DNA from: an uncultured Acidobacteriota bacterium
Lineage (GTDB): Bacteria > Acidobacteriota > UBA6911
Assembly: GCA_963827655.1 (NCBI GenBank)
Contig: CAWHCF010000044.1
Coordinates: 128,001-192,000 of the forward strand
Direction of reading: 5' to 3'
Length of the DNA: 64,000 bases
Below the pieces are notes generated by a model, which saw nothing but the letters and a program-made list of their open reading frames with translations, was not told the origin of the DNA and made no database searches. The position numbers were made by a program, and so were the translations under genes. Each line of letters starts with the position of its first letter. Position 1 is the stretch's first letter. Below, in pieces: positions 10,787-23,316 of the stretch.

Positions 10787-11735
10787 ATGAGTGATCGTAC
10801 AGCCCTTGAAACCGCAACGGGTCAGCTCTTTGGCGGTCTGTGGGGCCCTTACAATGAACAGCTGTTCGAAGAGTCGGTCCAACTCTTCTTCAAGCGCCTC
10901 GAACTGGTACCCTTCCCGGAAGGCTGGTTCGAGAACAAGGTTTGCCTGGATGCCGGATGCGGCGGTGGACGCAACAGCCTTGCGATGGCGCGATTGGGCG
11001 CAAAAGACGTCGTCGGAATCGACCTGGGCGAAGAAGGACTGGCTGACGCCCGGCGCCGGGCGCAGCGAAATGGGCAAACGTGAAATTTCAGCATGCGTCC
11101 ATCATGGACATTCCTTTTGCCGATGGGACCTTTGACATGGTCTGGTGCGCCGGCGTCCTCATGATCACGGCCGACGAAAACCGGGCCTTGGATGAACTGG
11201 CTCGCGTGGTCAAGAAGGGGGGCTACCTTTATTTGCTTGTGTATGCCACCGAAGGCCTCCGCTGGCCCCTCATTGAGTGGCTGCGACCTTTGGCCGCTCA
11301 GATCGGCAAACCGGCCGTCGAGAATGCGATCAAGCTGGGAGGCCTGGCGGCGAACAAGCGGCGCACTTTCCTCGACGACCTCTTTTGTCCCAAACTCGAC
11401 TTCTATCACTGGGAACGCCTGCAGCGAATGCTGAAGAAGCGCGGTTTTCAAGAGATCGATCGGTGGGGCCCTCAGTGCCGCCTCGACCACGAGGCCGACC
11501 TGGAAAGCTACAGGAACGACTTGGAAGCGCTGCTGGCGATCTTCCAGGCCGGAGATCATGAAGATTTCGGGAAACTCCGCCCTCTCTTTCAAGCGGGCCG
11601 CGCCGGCGTTCAGGCCACAATTGATGGCATTCGGTGGTTTGAAGATTCCGTCGCGCGGGGCGAGATTTCCCTGAAGCAGCGATGAATCATGTGATCGGAC
11701 AGGGTCACCATCGCGTGCTGGCGGTGAAAGGGTAA
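10787..11735 (+). CDS. Class I SAM methyltransferase; frameshifts near 11075 and 11675
   Basis: CLDAGCGGG, IPFADGTFDMV and ELARVVKKGG. AAGGAG RBS. The last frame ends ...HHRVLAVKG* at 11735. Confidence 0.8.
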
Positions 11736-11753
11736 GCAGGACAGAGGCTCCGT

Positions 11754-13527
11754 ATGTGCGGAATTTCCGGCATCGTGGGTCAGGGCTGGGAGCGATCGCA
11801 GCTCGCGGCCATGGTAGCGATCCAGCATCATCGCGGCCCGGACGAGAGTGATCTCTACGTGGATCCGTCCGCCCAGGCGGGTCTGGGTCACAACCGCCTG
11901 AGTATCATTGACCTCTCTTCGGCCGGGCATCAGCCGATGCCGAACCAGGACGGTACCCGGTGGATCGTTTTCAACGGCGAAGTCTATAACTATCTCGAAC
12001 TGCGCGCCGAACTGAGCGACTACCCGTACCGCAGCCAGACCGATACGGAGGTCGTGCTCGCCGCCTATGAACGCTGGGGTGAGAAATGTCTTGATCACCT
12101 CCTGGGCATGTTCGCGTTCTTGATCTGGGACAGCCGCGCACAGAGACTCTTCGTCGCGCGCGACCGATTCGGAGTCAAACCACTCTACTACCACCGGTCT
12201 GCGGATGGGTCGTTGCGGCTCGCGAGCGAGATCAAGGCTCTTCATTCAGCGGGCGTACCCGCGGAGCCTGATCTCGCAACGTGGGCCACATACCTTACCT
12301 ATGGCCTCTACGACCATTCGGAGCGGACTTTCTGGAATGGGGTCTCGCGCCTTACCGGCCGGTCACGCCATGACCTGGCAGGACGGCAGGCTGCGAATCT
12401 GGCGCTGGTACGATCTGGCGGAACAAGTCGGTCCCGAGCTGGACTCGCGGCCGACCGAGGTCGTCCACGAGGAATACCTGGCCCTGATGGCTGACAGCGT
12501 AAGACTCCGTTTCCGCTCAGACGTACCGGTTGGTATCAACCTCAGTGGCGGGTTGGATTCATCGATCCTGCTGGGCCTGGTACAGGCTGTTCAGGGGCGC
12601 GACAGCGAAGTCAAGGCCTTCACGTTCATCACGGGCGATCCCGAATACGACGAGCTGCCGTGGGTGCAACAGATGCTCGCCCGCACTCGCCACCCGTTGG
12701 AGGTCTGCCCGTTGAGATGGGAGGCCGTACCGGAGCTTGCGTGTTCGGTTCAGTACCACCAGGACGAGCCGTTTGGCGGTCTGCCAACGCTCGCCTATGC
12801 CTGTGTTTTCGAAGAGGCGCGCCGGCAAGGCGTGATTGTGCTGCTCGATGGCCAGGGGCTCGATGAGCAGTGGGCCGGCTACGAGTATTACCGTCGATTC
12901 CTTTCCAACGGCCAATCGCCTGCCGCCGAGTCTGTCGTAGGACCCGTCCAGGGAAGCCAAGACCGGTCGGTGCGGCCCGATTGCCTGACCGTCGAGTTTC
13001 GCGCGCAAGCGCGTCCTCTGGCGGAACCTGCACCATTCCCTGACCGGTTGCGGAACCGTCAGTACTTGGACGCGCACCTTACCAAGATTCCACGGGCACT
13101 CCGGTTTAACGACCGCATCTCCATGCGTTCCTCGACCGAGCTCCGCGAGCCTTTTCTGGATCACCGCATGTTCGAACTTGCCCTGCGCCAGCCGCCCGGG
13201 CGAAAGATCGCCAACGGCGTGCATAAGAGCTCCCTGCGCCAGATGACACAGGCGCTGCTACCCGAGAACATCGCTCAGGCGCCGAAGCGTCCGTTGCAGA
13301 CCCCTCAACGAGAATGGCTGCGAGGGGTGTTGAAGGACTGGGCCGGTGAATGCATCGACGCAGCCCTGGGCGCCTACGGAAACAGCTGGCTGAACCAGGC
13401 CGGAGTTCAAAGGTCCTGGAAGGAATACTGTGCGGGTATCAGCGACAACAGTTTTTACGTCTGGCAGTGGATCAATCTGGCGTTAATGAATTCCAAGGTT
13501 CCCGTCAAGATGCTCGGAGTTTCCTAG
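11754..13527 (+). CDS. asnB: Asparagine synthase (glutamine-hydrolysing) family amidotransferase, copy 1; frameshift near 12345
   Basis: MCGI N-terminal Cys, HRGPD, RLSIIDLS, FNGEVYNY, RDRFGVKPLY, LSGGLDS and REPFLD. Confidence 0.9.
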
Positions 13528-13657
13528 CATCCTCCCACCTTCGTGGTCAGGAACCTTGTCGAAAAAAAACCGAAAGTACAGATTCAGTGAAACAACTCCT
13601 GCTCTCTTATATCTTTGTTGATGCTCAGAAACCTATTCCTCTTGGAGTGTGACATAA

Positions 13658-15427
<1,770 letters not shown>

Positions 15428-15448
15428 AATCAGGGACGTGATTTCGAG

Positions 15449-15500
15449 TCTTTGCGCCTTTGTGGTGGCTTTTGTTTCCCATACCGCAAAGGCGCGAAGA
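15449..15500 (+). repeat. Intergenic inverted repeat (18-bp arms), related to the CTTCGTGT repeat family; possible terminator or RNA stem
   Basis: TCTTTGCGCCTTTGTGGT ... ACCGCAAAGGCGCGAAGA. Both mismatches are G-U compatible on the + transcript. Confidence 0.7.
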
Positions 15501-15574
15501 CATGAGAGAGTTCTCCCGGCCCCTCCCCGTTTTAGGAACTTCCGATAAGATCGTCGAATTGTCATAATACTGCT

Positions 15575-17426
15575 ATGTCAACTTACATCCTGGGTATTTC
15601 GGCCTATTACCATGATAGCGCCGCGTGCCTGGTGCAAGACGGCCGGATCGTGGCGGCCGCGCAGGAAGAGCGGTTTACACGGAAGAAACACGACTCGCGG
15701 TTCCCGCATCAGGCATTGAGTTATTGCCTGCGCGAGGGTGGTGTTTCGCTGACGGATCTGCGCTACGTCGTTTTTTATGACAAGCCGCTGCTCAAATTCG
15801 ATCGTCTCCTGGAAACCTATGTGGCTTTCTCTCCGCGGGGGATTCGTTCTTACCTGGCGGCCATGCCGGTATGGATCAAGGAGAAGATGTTGCTGAAGAG
15901 CCTGCTGCAGAAGGAGCTCGCGGCGGTCTCCGGGGGCTTGAAAAAGTCCGCGCTTCCACCCATGTTGTTCACCGAGCACCACGAATCTCATGCGGCGTCT
16001 GCCTTCTACCCGTCACCCTTCGACCAGGCCGCGGTTCTTTGCATGGATGGAGTCGGAGAGTGGGCTACCACGTCTGCCTGGCTCGGTGACAAGAACCGCC
16101 TGACGCCTCTGTGGGAGATTTCCTTCCCTCATTCGCTGGGACTTCTGTATTCCGCCTTTACTTACTATACCGGGTTCAAAGTGAACTCGGGTGAGTACAA
16201 AGTAATGGGTCTCGCTCCCTACGGGAAGCCGAAGTATGTCCAGGCCATTTATGATCATCTACTCGACCTGAAGCCCGATGGAACGTTCCGGCTGAACATG
16301 GGCTACTTCAATTACTGCACCGGGCTGACCATGACGAACGGTAAGTTTGATGCTCTGTTCGATGGTCCTCCTCGCCGTCCCGAGAGCCCCTTGACGCAGC
16401 GCGAAATGGATCTCGCTCGCTCGATCCAGGAGATCACCGAGGAGGTCATGCTTCGCCTGGCCCGGACCCTCCAGCGCGAGACGGGCGCGAAAAACCTGTG
16501 CATGGCGGGGGGTGTGGCGCTCAACTGCGTCGGAAACGGCAGAATCCTGCGCGAAGGTCCGTTCAAAGGGCTATGGATCCAGGCGGCGGCCGGCGATGCG
16601 GGAGGGGCCGTGGGCGCTGCCCTCGCTGCATGGCACGAATACGATGGGAATTCCCAGAAACCCCGGCGATTCCATAGACGCGATGCAGGGAAGCTTCCTG
16701 GGCCCATCCTACACCAACGAAGAGATTGAACAGTTCCTTCGAAAAAAGGACGCTCCGTACGAACGGTTGAATGACGACGCGCTCTTCGAGCGGGTGGCGG
16801 ATGAGCTGGCCTCAGGCAAAGTCGTGGGTTGGCTTCAAGGCCGCATGGAGTTCGGTCCTCGCGCCCTGGGTGGACGCAGCATTCTGGGCGATGCTCGCAA
16901 CACCAAGATGCAATCGGTGATGAACCTCAAGATAAAATATCGCGAATCTTTCCGGCCGTTTGCTCCCTCGGTTCTACGGGAGCGGGTGTCGAAATATTTC
17001 GACCTCGACACCGACAGCCCCTACATGCTTCTGGTTGCCCCGGTGCTGGAGCAGCGCCGGACCTCAATGACCGAGGAACAAAAGACCCGGTGGGGAATCG
17101 AGCTATTGAATGTGCCTAAATCGGATATTCCCGCCGTCACACATGTGGATTATTCGGCGCGCATTCAAACCGTTCATGAGGAGACCAATCCGCGTTATTA
17201 CCGGTTGATCAAAGCGTTTGAGGCGAAGACCGGTTGCGGCGTCATAGTCAATACCTCATTCAACGTCCGGGGAGAACCTATCGTTTGCTCGCCTGAAGAT
17301 GCCTATCGCTGTTTCATGCGCACAGAGATGGACGTTCTTGTCCTCGAGAACTGTGTTCTGCGCAAGGCCGACCAAAAGCCTCTGGCCGGAGACACCGACT
17401 GGAAAAAAGAGTTCGAGCTTGATTAG
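15575..17426 (+). CDS. O-carbamoyltransferase (NodU/CmcH; SxtI-like), copy 1; frameshift near 16655
   Basis: ILGISAYYHDSAA, QEERFTRKKHD, EHHESHAASAF, DGVGE, GEYKVMGLAPYG, MEFGPRALGGRSIL, RESFRPFAPS and NTSFNVRGEPIV. Confidence 0.92.
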
Positions 17427-17446
17427 CGGTAAGCGAGGGTAGCGGA

Positions 17447-17842
17447 TTGCAGGAAAAAGTAAGCAATAAACAATTACGCCAGTTCGGCTTGCTGGTAGGC
17501 GGCATTTTTGCGGTCATCGGCCTGTGGCCTATGGTGCTGCGCGGACAGAATCCGCGGTTGTGGTCCCTCGTTCCGGCGGTGCTGCTGATACTTCCGGCTC
17601 TGGTGTATCCTCGCAGTCTGCGATTCGTACACCGCGGTTGGATGGTTATCGGCGAGGTACTGGGATGGATCAATACCAGAATCATCCTGGGTACAATCTT
17701 TTACACCCTGGTGACGGCGACGGGGCTGATAATGCGCCTTTCCGGGAAGGATCCGATGAATCGGAGATTAGATCCCCGGACCGACTCGTATCGGCACACG
17801 CGCGAACCGCGTCCCGCGTCACACATGAAACATCAATTCTAA
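17447..17842 (+). CDS. SxtJ-family membrane protein
   Basis: LRQFGL, two hydrophobic segments, WM..GEVLGWINTRIILG.IFY, KDPM.R and C-terminal MKHQF. Lies between the carbamoyltransferase and the SxtK-like gene. Confidence 0.85.
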   Translation: MQEKVSNKQLRQFGLLVGGIFAVIGLWPMVLRGQNPRLWSLVPAVLLILPALVYPRSLRFVHRGWMVIGEVLGWINTRIILGTIFYTLVTATGLIMRLSGKDPMNRRLDPRTDSYRHTREPRPASHMKHQF

Positions 17843-17868
17843 ACGAACTGTTGAAGGAGTGCCTGATA

Positions 17869-18021
17869 ATGGGCGAATTCATTCTGGAACTGTGGAGCTT
17901 CATGAAAGAGCGGAAGAAATTCTGGCTCCTGCCGATCATCATCTGCCTGATGCTGTTGGGTGGATTGATATTCTTTACCTCAGGTTCCGCCGTAGCTCCT
18001 TTTATCTATACGCTTTTTTAG
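17869..18021 (+). CDS. SxtK-like (DUF5989) small membrane protein, 50 aa
   Basis: MGEFILELWSFMKERKKFWLLPII...GSAVAPFIYTLF signature. AAGGAG RBS. Confidence 0.9.
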   Translation: MGEFILELWSFMKERKKFWLLPIIICLMLLGGLIFFTSGSAVAPFIYTLF

Positions 18022-18089
18022 TGACTCGAGGGGACTGCGGCCTCGACCGAGTGCCGGCAGTTCCTCCTCGCGTCTTCGTGGTTAGTGCT

Positions 18090-19025
18090 GTGAATTGGAA
18101 GTACAAGGCGCTGCTGCAAGGTTGTTTTTCCACCATACCGCTGGGCGAACCCCTGAACTATTTTTTCCAGAAACACGTTACCAAGACCCTGCCCCACCCG
18201 GATGCTAAGTTCGCCAGTATGGTATCGGTGGCCAAAACCCACCTTGATTTCCTCCGGCAGTACTGGCCGCGGCCGCTCAGCCAGGCCACGTTCTACGAGT
18301 TCGGCGCCGGGTGGGACATGGCCGTCCCGCTGACCTTTTATGCGCTCGGTGTGGACCGGCAGATCCTGGTCGATATCCGGAGGTTGCTGCGGCTCGAACT
18401 CGTTAACGATACCGTGGCGAAGTACCAGCGCCTCACCCTCGACGAGGAGATTGCGCGAAAACCTGGCTTCTACGTGAATGGCGGCCAGCGCGACCCTTCC
18501 GCTGTCCTGAAGGAACACTACGGCATTGAATACAAGGCCCCCTGTGACGCGCGCCACACCGGCCTTCCGACGGCTTCAATCGACTGTATTACATCGACCG
18601 ATACTCTGGAGCACATACCGCTGCCGAGTCTCCGGGCCATCCTGAAGGAATGCCATCGGCTGCTGCGTGATGACGGGGCGATGAGCTTTCAGATTGATTA
18701 TCAGGACCACTACTCCTATTTCGACAAGAACATTTCCGTCTATAATTTTCTCCAGTATTCTGACAGCGCCTGGAGGCTCTTCAGTCCGCCCTTGCAGTAC
18801 CAGAACCGCCTCCGCCATCGCGACTACGTGAGCCTCCTGGACCAGGCCGGCTTTGAAATTCTCGAGGAGCGCCGCCAGGATGGAACCGAATCCGATTGCA
18901 GGATCATTGAGCGGCTTCGGGTGAATCGAAGATTCAAAAACTATAGCGGGTCAGAGCTCGCCGTTCGTAAGGCCCTCCTGGTTGCGAGGAAGCGAAGCGG
19001 CGTCTCTGAAAGCAAAAGTCACTAA
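18090..19025 (+). CDS. Class I SAM methyltransferase
   Basis: YEFGAGWD, DCITSTDTLEHIP, ECHRLL, IDYQDHY and YQNRLR. Probable GTG start (MNWKYKA). Confidence 0.78.
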   Translation: MNWKYKALLQGCFSTIPLGEPLNYFFQKHVTKTLPHPDAKFASMVSVAKTHLDFLRQYWPRPLSQATFYEFGAGWDMAVPLTFYALGVDRQILVDIRRLLRLELVNDTVAKYQRLTLDEEIARKPGFYVNGGQRDPSAVLKEHYGIEYKAPCDARHTGLPTASIDCITSTDTLEHIPLPSLRAILKECHRLLRDDGAMSFQIDYQDHYSYFDKNISVYNFLQYSDSAWRLFSPPLQYQNRLRHRDYVSLLDQAGFEILEERRQDGTESDCRIIERLRVNRRFKNYSGSELAVRKALLVARKRSGVSESKSH

Positions 19026-19042
19026 GACTCAAAGACACGAAG

Positions 19043-19918
19043 ATGGAAACCCTGGTCGACGCAAACGTGACAGTCCCCTGCCCGATCTGCGGCTCGGTAT
19101 CGGATTCGACTCTGATGTTGTTCAAGGGCTACAGAATCGCACGCTGCCTCAATTGCGACTTCATTTTTCTCAATCCGAGACCGGCGGAGGATCGACTGGT
19201 CGGACTCTACGCCAACCATCGGCAGAACCCTTATTTCGCAGAAGGTTACGAACCGGTTGAGTACGAGCTGCCCGTTCTGGCAAAGATTGTTCGCCAGATT
19301 GAAACTTACGTTCGGCAAGGACATCTCTTGGAAATCGGATGCGGACGTGGAGATTTCCTGAAGCTGGCGCAGACGCGAGGTTTCTCAGTCACCGGGTGCG
19401 ACATCTTTGGCGGCCAGAAACCCGCTTTGGACGGTATCTCGTTCTTTGACGGCACGTTGAAGGAAGCAGGATTCGGCGCCGAGTCGTTTGATGTTGTGGT
19501 GATTCGCAATGTTCTGGAGCATCTGTTCGATCCCAACTCGGAGATCAGGGAAATCAGAAGGATTCTGAAGCCGAACGGTCACCTGTATTTGAAAGTTCCC
19601 AACGTGGAATTTGAACACGGTTTTAATTGCCGGTTGGTCTTTGGGAAGGAACACGCATTTGAACCCCCGTACCATCTCAACTATTTCAGCCCGGCCTCCC
19701 TGCTGGCGTTTCTTGGAAAAGCCGGGTTCAGTTTCCGGTCCTGGTATCTGGAACAGCCAACTTTGACTCCTAAGTGGACCTCGAACTTGATCAGACAGAC
19801 CGGTTACAGAGTAATCCAGACTGTTTCGCTTCTGACCGGCGGCAAGAGTTTTCCCAAGATTCTCCTGTCGTGCGTGGCCCAGAAGAGAGAACCGGCAACC
19901 GGCTCAACTATCGGCTGA
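19043..19918 (+). CDS. Class I SAM methyltransferase with N-terminal Zn ribbon
   Basis: CPICG...CLNC..IFLNPRP, LLEIGCGRG, NVLEHL.DP, LKPNG.L..KVPN and PYHLNYFS. Confidence 0.88.
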   Translation: METLVDANVTVPCPICGSVSDSTLMLFKGYRIARCLNCDFIFLNPRPAEDRLVGLYANHRQNPYFAEGYEPVEYELPVLAKIVRQIETYVRQGHLLEIGCGRGDFLKLAQTRGFSVTGCDIFGGQKPALDGISFFDGTLKEAGFGAESFDVVVIRNVLEHLFDPNSEIREIRRILKPNGHLYLKVPNVEFEHGFNCRLVFGKEHAFEPPYHLNYFSPASLLAFLGKAGFSFRSWYLEQPTLTPKWTSNLIRQTGYRVIQTVSLLTGGKSFPKILLSCVAQKREPATGSTIG

Positions 19919-19943
19919 GTTCCATCACCGCTCGAGGCTCATT

Positions 19944-21266
19944 GTGCGCGTCACCTATTTGGGTCAGGCCTGCACCCTGATCGAAGTGGCAGGCAAGAAG
20001 ATCCTTACCGACCCCTGGCTTACCGAGGGCGCCTACTCCGGGACCTGGTTTCACACCCATCTTCTGGCGGAAGCCGGCGTCACTCCCGAGAGTTTCCCGA
20101 AGGACATCGACTACCTGTTCCTGTCCCATGAGCATGAGGATCACCTGGACCCCGAATCGCTCCGTCACTTTTCGGCCGATATTCCGGTGCTCATTTGCAA
20201 GTTCGCGACTCCGAAATTCCGGCATTACCTCGATAGCCTGGGTCTGAAAAGGATCCTGGAAATGCCGGCGGGCGAGAAGTTTGACCTGGGGGATGGCGCG
20301 TCGGCTACAGTTCTCGCCACCGCCGAATACACGAATGACGCGGCGCTTCTGGTCGAGGGCGAGGGATTCCGCGTGCTGAACGAAACCGATTGCAAGCTGG
20401 GCTACGCAGACTTGCAGCGGATCGGACAAAAGGGAATCGACATTGGCTTCTACATGTTTTCAGGCGCCAACTGGTATCCGATGATGTACGACTATCCGGA
20501 TCAGGTTCAGGTCGAGCTGGTTCGCCGGCGTCGGCAATCCCTGCTCCGGAGCCTGGTCCAGCGCGTGAAGCTGACGCGGCCCCGCGTCGTGGTTCCGGCC
20601 GCGGGACCGTGCACGGTGCTTGACCCCGAGCAGTTATGGCTCAATTCCGAGGACCGAGGCATTTTCATTGATCCGGAGGAGGCAGTCGCGGAATTGAAGG
20701 CGGCTGGTCTCCCAACGGAACCTGTTTATATGGCGGCAACCGATGTTTGGGACAGCGGTTCCGGGATCGAAAGGCATGCGCCGGAGGAGTTTCGCCGGCC
20801 CCGTCAAGATTACATTTACGCGGCATCAGAAAGGATGGCGCCGGAGATTCGCGCCCGTCGCGCTGCGGAAGCTCCCGCAGGAAGTGACCTGCCTGAGCGC
20901 CTGGTGCAGCACTTCAACGATCTGGTGGCTGCCCAGACCGAAGCGACCCGTTGCCGCGTTAACTCCAAACTCTTGCTGGAGATAACCGGTGACCATGGCG
21001 GAAGCTGGACCGTGGATTTCAAGTCCCGGGGGCCGGAATTCGTTCGCGAAGGCGCAGCGCCGGACTGGACTTACAAGATCGAGGTTGAGGACAAGCTGAT
21101 CTATCCTTTCCTGACCGGCCGCGCGTCTTTCTTTGAGCATCTTCTCTTGTCGCTACGCGCCCGCCTCGCGCGCCGCCCGGATGAATACAGTGAACCGCTC
21201 TACCATTTCCTTTACGAACCTGATCCTGAGAAATTGCACAACTGGTATGCCGCACATCGACATTAG
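19944..21266 (+). CDS. Metallo-beta-lactamase-fold protein resembling the catalytic part of NamH (Rv3818) / CMAH-type N-acetyl hydroxylases
   Basis: ILTDPW, SHEHEDHLD, FSGANWYPMMYD, VVPAAGP and EYSEPLYHFL parallel the motifs I recall from mycobacterial NamH. The Rieske domain is encoded separately downstream. Confidence 0.75.
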   Translation: MRVTYLGQACTLIEVAGKKILTDPWLTEGAYSGTWFHTHLLAEAGVTPESFPKDIDYLFLSHEHEDHLDPESLRHFSADIPVLICKFATPKFRHYLDSLGLKRILEMPAGEKFDLGDGASATVLATAEYTNDAALLVEGEGFRVLNETDCKLGYADLQRIGQKGIDIGFYMFSGANWYPMMYDYPDQVQVELVRRRRQSLLRSLVQRVKLTRPRVVVPAAGPCTVLDPEQLWLNSEDRGIFIDPEEAVAELKAAGLPTEPVYMAATDVWDSGSGIERHAPEEFRRPRQDYIYAASERMAPEIRARRAAEAPAGSDLPERLVQHFNDLVAAQTEATRCRVNSKLLLEITGDHGGSWTVDFKSRGPEFVREGAAPDWTYKIEVEDKLIYPFLTGRASFFEHLLLSLRARLARRPDEYSEPLYHFLYEPDPEKLHNWYAAHRH

Positions 21267-21591
21267 AGTAGATCAAATCCCTATCGACCGGCCGCTTCGG
21301 GTGGAACACGCGGGAACGGCCATCGTCGTCGTTCGAACCCAGGAAAGCGTCACTGCATTCCATGACCGCTGTCCTCACGCCCAGTGGCCGCTTTCCGGGG
21401 GAGAGTTGACCAATGGCATTCTTCAGTGCCCTGGCCATGGGTGGCAATTCGATATCGGCACCGGACGCTGCGTCGACTCACCGGTCTATTGCCTCAAGCC
21501 GGTTTCGGTTGTGGTGACCGACGACCGGGTCCGGTTGGAGTGGGACGCTCCGGCGTCGGAGCATGAAAGCGTCAATGAAGCGATTGTTTGA
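21247..21591 (+). CDS. Rieske [2Fe-2S] ferredoxin
   Basis: DRCPH...LQCPGHGWQFD (CxH...CxxH). Start overlaps the end of the upstream gene. Confidence 0.9.
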   Translation: MPHIDIRVDQIPIDRPLRVEHAGTAIVVVRTQESVTAFHDRCPHAQWPLSGGELTNGILQCPGHGWQFDIGTGRCVDSPVYCLKPVSVVVTDDRVRLEWDAPASEHESVNEAIV

Positions 21592-22219
21592 TATTGTCAT
21601 ATCGGCGACCGGCCTGTCGCTCCTGGCCGTTCCCTTCGCGGTTATTGCCCTGGCCATCAAGGTCTCCTCTCCCGGCACGGTGTTCTATCGTCAGAAGAGG
21701 ATGGGACGTGGCGGCCGGCCATTCTGGCTGTACAAGTTCCGCTCCATGAGGAATGCGGAAGGCGGCGCGCAGGTCACGGTAGACGGAGACCCGAGGATTA
21801 CCGCGGTAGGGCGCGTGCTGCGCCGTTGGAAGCTTGATGAGCTGCCGCAACTGTATAACATTTTACGCGGTGACATGAGCGTGGTCGGCCCGCGTCCCGA
21901 AGTCGAGCGATTCGTGCGCAGCTATACGGCCGAACAGCGACTTGTGCTCGAGCAGACTCCGGGGCTGGCGGGACTCGCCCAGCTCGTCTACCCGCACGAA
22001 GCGGATTTACTTCGGGGATGCGACGATCCCGAAGAGGCTTACGTGCGCTATCTGTTGCCGAAAAAAGTTGCCGTCGATCTGCAATATGAACAGAAGCGAA
22101 CCTTTTGGTCCGATATGCGCCTCCTCGGGGAACTAGCGCTGCTGGTCCTGGGCAAGAGTTATCGCACCGACCGAAACTTTCAGAATACCTCATGCGGAAA
22201 CACGAACCGATTAGACTGA
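21575..22219 (+). CDS. Priming sugar-phosphate transferase (bacterial sugar transferase, PglC/WbaP C-terminal type)
   Basis: KRLFDI, YKFRSM and DPRIT.VG..LR..KLDELPQL.N.L.GDMS.VGPRPE. Confidence 0.92.
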   Translation: MKRLFDIVISATGLSLLAVPFAVIALAIKVSSPGTVFYRQKRMGRGGRPFWLYKFRSMRNAEGGAQVTVDGDPRITAVGRVLRRWKLDELPQLYNILRGDMSVVGPRPEVERFVRSYTAEQRLVLEQTPGLAGLAQLVYPHEADLLRGCDDPEEAYVRYLLPKKVAVDLQYEQKRTFWSDMRLLGELALLVLGKSYRTDRNFQNTSCGNTNRLD

Positions 22220-23316
22220 TAGCGGTGGGCGACATCTGTCCGGGCGACCTTGTCTGCCTGGGTTTTGGCACCGGTACGCTCATGCGGTCCCGCGGACCGC
22301 ATTTCGCGTTAGAGCGGGCGCGGGCTCTCCTGCGCGAAGGCGACATTGTGCTGGGCAACCTCGAGGGTGTGCTCTCGAATCACGGGGCTGACCCCAGCAA
22401 CATTGACAGCATGGAATTCCGAGGCCTGCCCGAGTTTGGCCAGGCTCTCCGCGATGCCGGGTTTAATGTGATGACAGTGGCCAACAACCATGTGGGCGAC
22501 TACGGTCCGGAGGGAATGTGGGAGACGGTGAACAACCTGAAATCGGCCGGGGTCCACGTGCTCGGCCTGCGTGACAAGAACCGCACCGCCACACCCTTGA
22601 TCCAGGAAATCAAAGGCCTGCGGATCGGCTGGCTGGCTTATACCTGGCACTTCTCGAGAAACAGGGCTCAGGACACCGAGTTGTTATCGCTGACCAAGGG
22701 ACACGAGGTGCCGGCTGAAATCGCGGCCCTTCGCCCCGAGGTGGATTTCCTCATCGTTACACCGCACTGGGGTGCCGAGCTGGTTTCTGTTCCGCCTCAG
22801 AGCGTCTTCAAGCACGCTCACGCCATGGCGGACGCCGGCGCCGACCTGGTACTCGGTCATCACCCGCACGTCCTGCAGGGTACGGAGCGGCGAGGCAAGT
22901 GTCTGATTGTCTATAGCCTGGGAGACTTCTTGTTCGACGACTGGCTTCCATGGCTGACCGAGACAGCCCTGTTCCGTTGTACCATCGAGGAGGGAGAGGT
23001 CAGAAACCCCGAGTTCGTCCCGCTGAAGATCAACCGAAATTTCCAGCCGGAGCCGGCCACGAGGGCACAGTCCGCGCGCATTCTTCGGCGTATCGAACGG
23101 AGTACCCGCGCAATTAACGACCCCAAGCTAGCCTGGCTTCGCGACGAAGCTCGAACCTGGAAACGCGAAGCGAAAATGAAACGCCGTCTGGTTGCGAGCC
23201 AGATCCTGTTCCTCGCAGCCAACATCGGACGTTTAGGGCCGCGCTTCGCCTACCAGAAGCTCGCTCGCCGGCTGCCGGTTCTTCCCAGCTGGCCCAAGAA
23301 ACAACAAGCGCAATGA
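22192..23316 (+). CDS. CapA/PGA_cap-family metallophosphoesterase-like protein
   Basis: AVGDI, GNLEG, ANNH..DYG, HWGAE, GHHPHVLQ and YSLGDF. Confidence 0.88.
   Translation: MRKHEPIRLIAVGDICPGDLVCLGFGTGTLMRSRGPHFALERARALLREGDIVLGNLEGVLSNHGADPSNIDSMEFRGLPEFGQALRDAGFNVMTVANNHVGDYGPEGMWETVNNLKSAGVHVLGLRDKNRTATPLIQEIKGLRIGWLAYTWHFSRNRAQDTELLSLTKGHEVPAEIAALRPEVDFLIVTPHWGAELVSVPPQSVFKHAHAMADAGADLVLGHHPHVLQGTERRGKCLIVYSLGDFLFDDWLPWLTETALFRCTIEEGEVRNPEFVPLKINRNFQPEPATRAQSARILRRIERSTRAINDPKLAWLRDEARTWKREAKMKRRLVASQILFLAANIGRLGPRFAYQKLARRLPVLPSWPKKQQAQ

Noticed and set aside
19944-21266. Antibiotic-resistance metallo-beta-lactamase
   Set aside because: No signal peptide, 440 aa long, coupled to a Rieske ferredoxin, and the motifs fit the NamH/CMAH-like group.
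22192-23316. Poly-gamma-glutamate capsule operon
   Set aside because: Only a CapA-domain gene is present; there is no CapB ligase or CapC. The CapD-like gene here is the unrelated sugar dehydratase.
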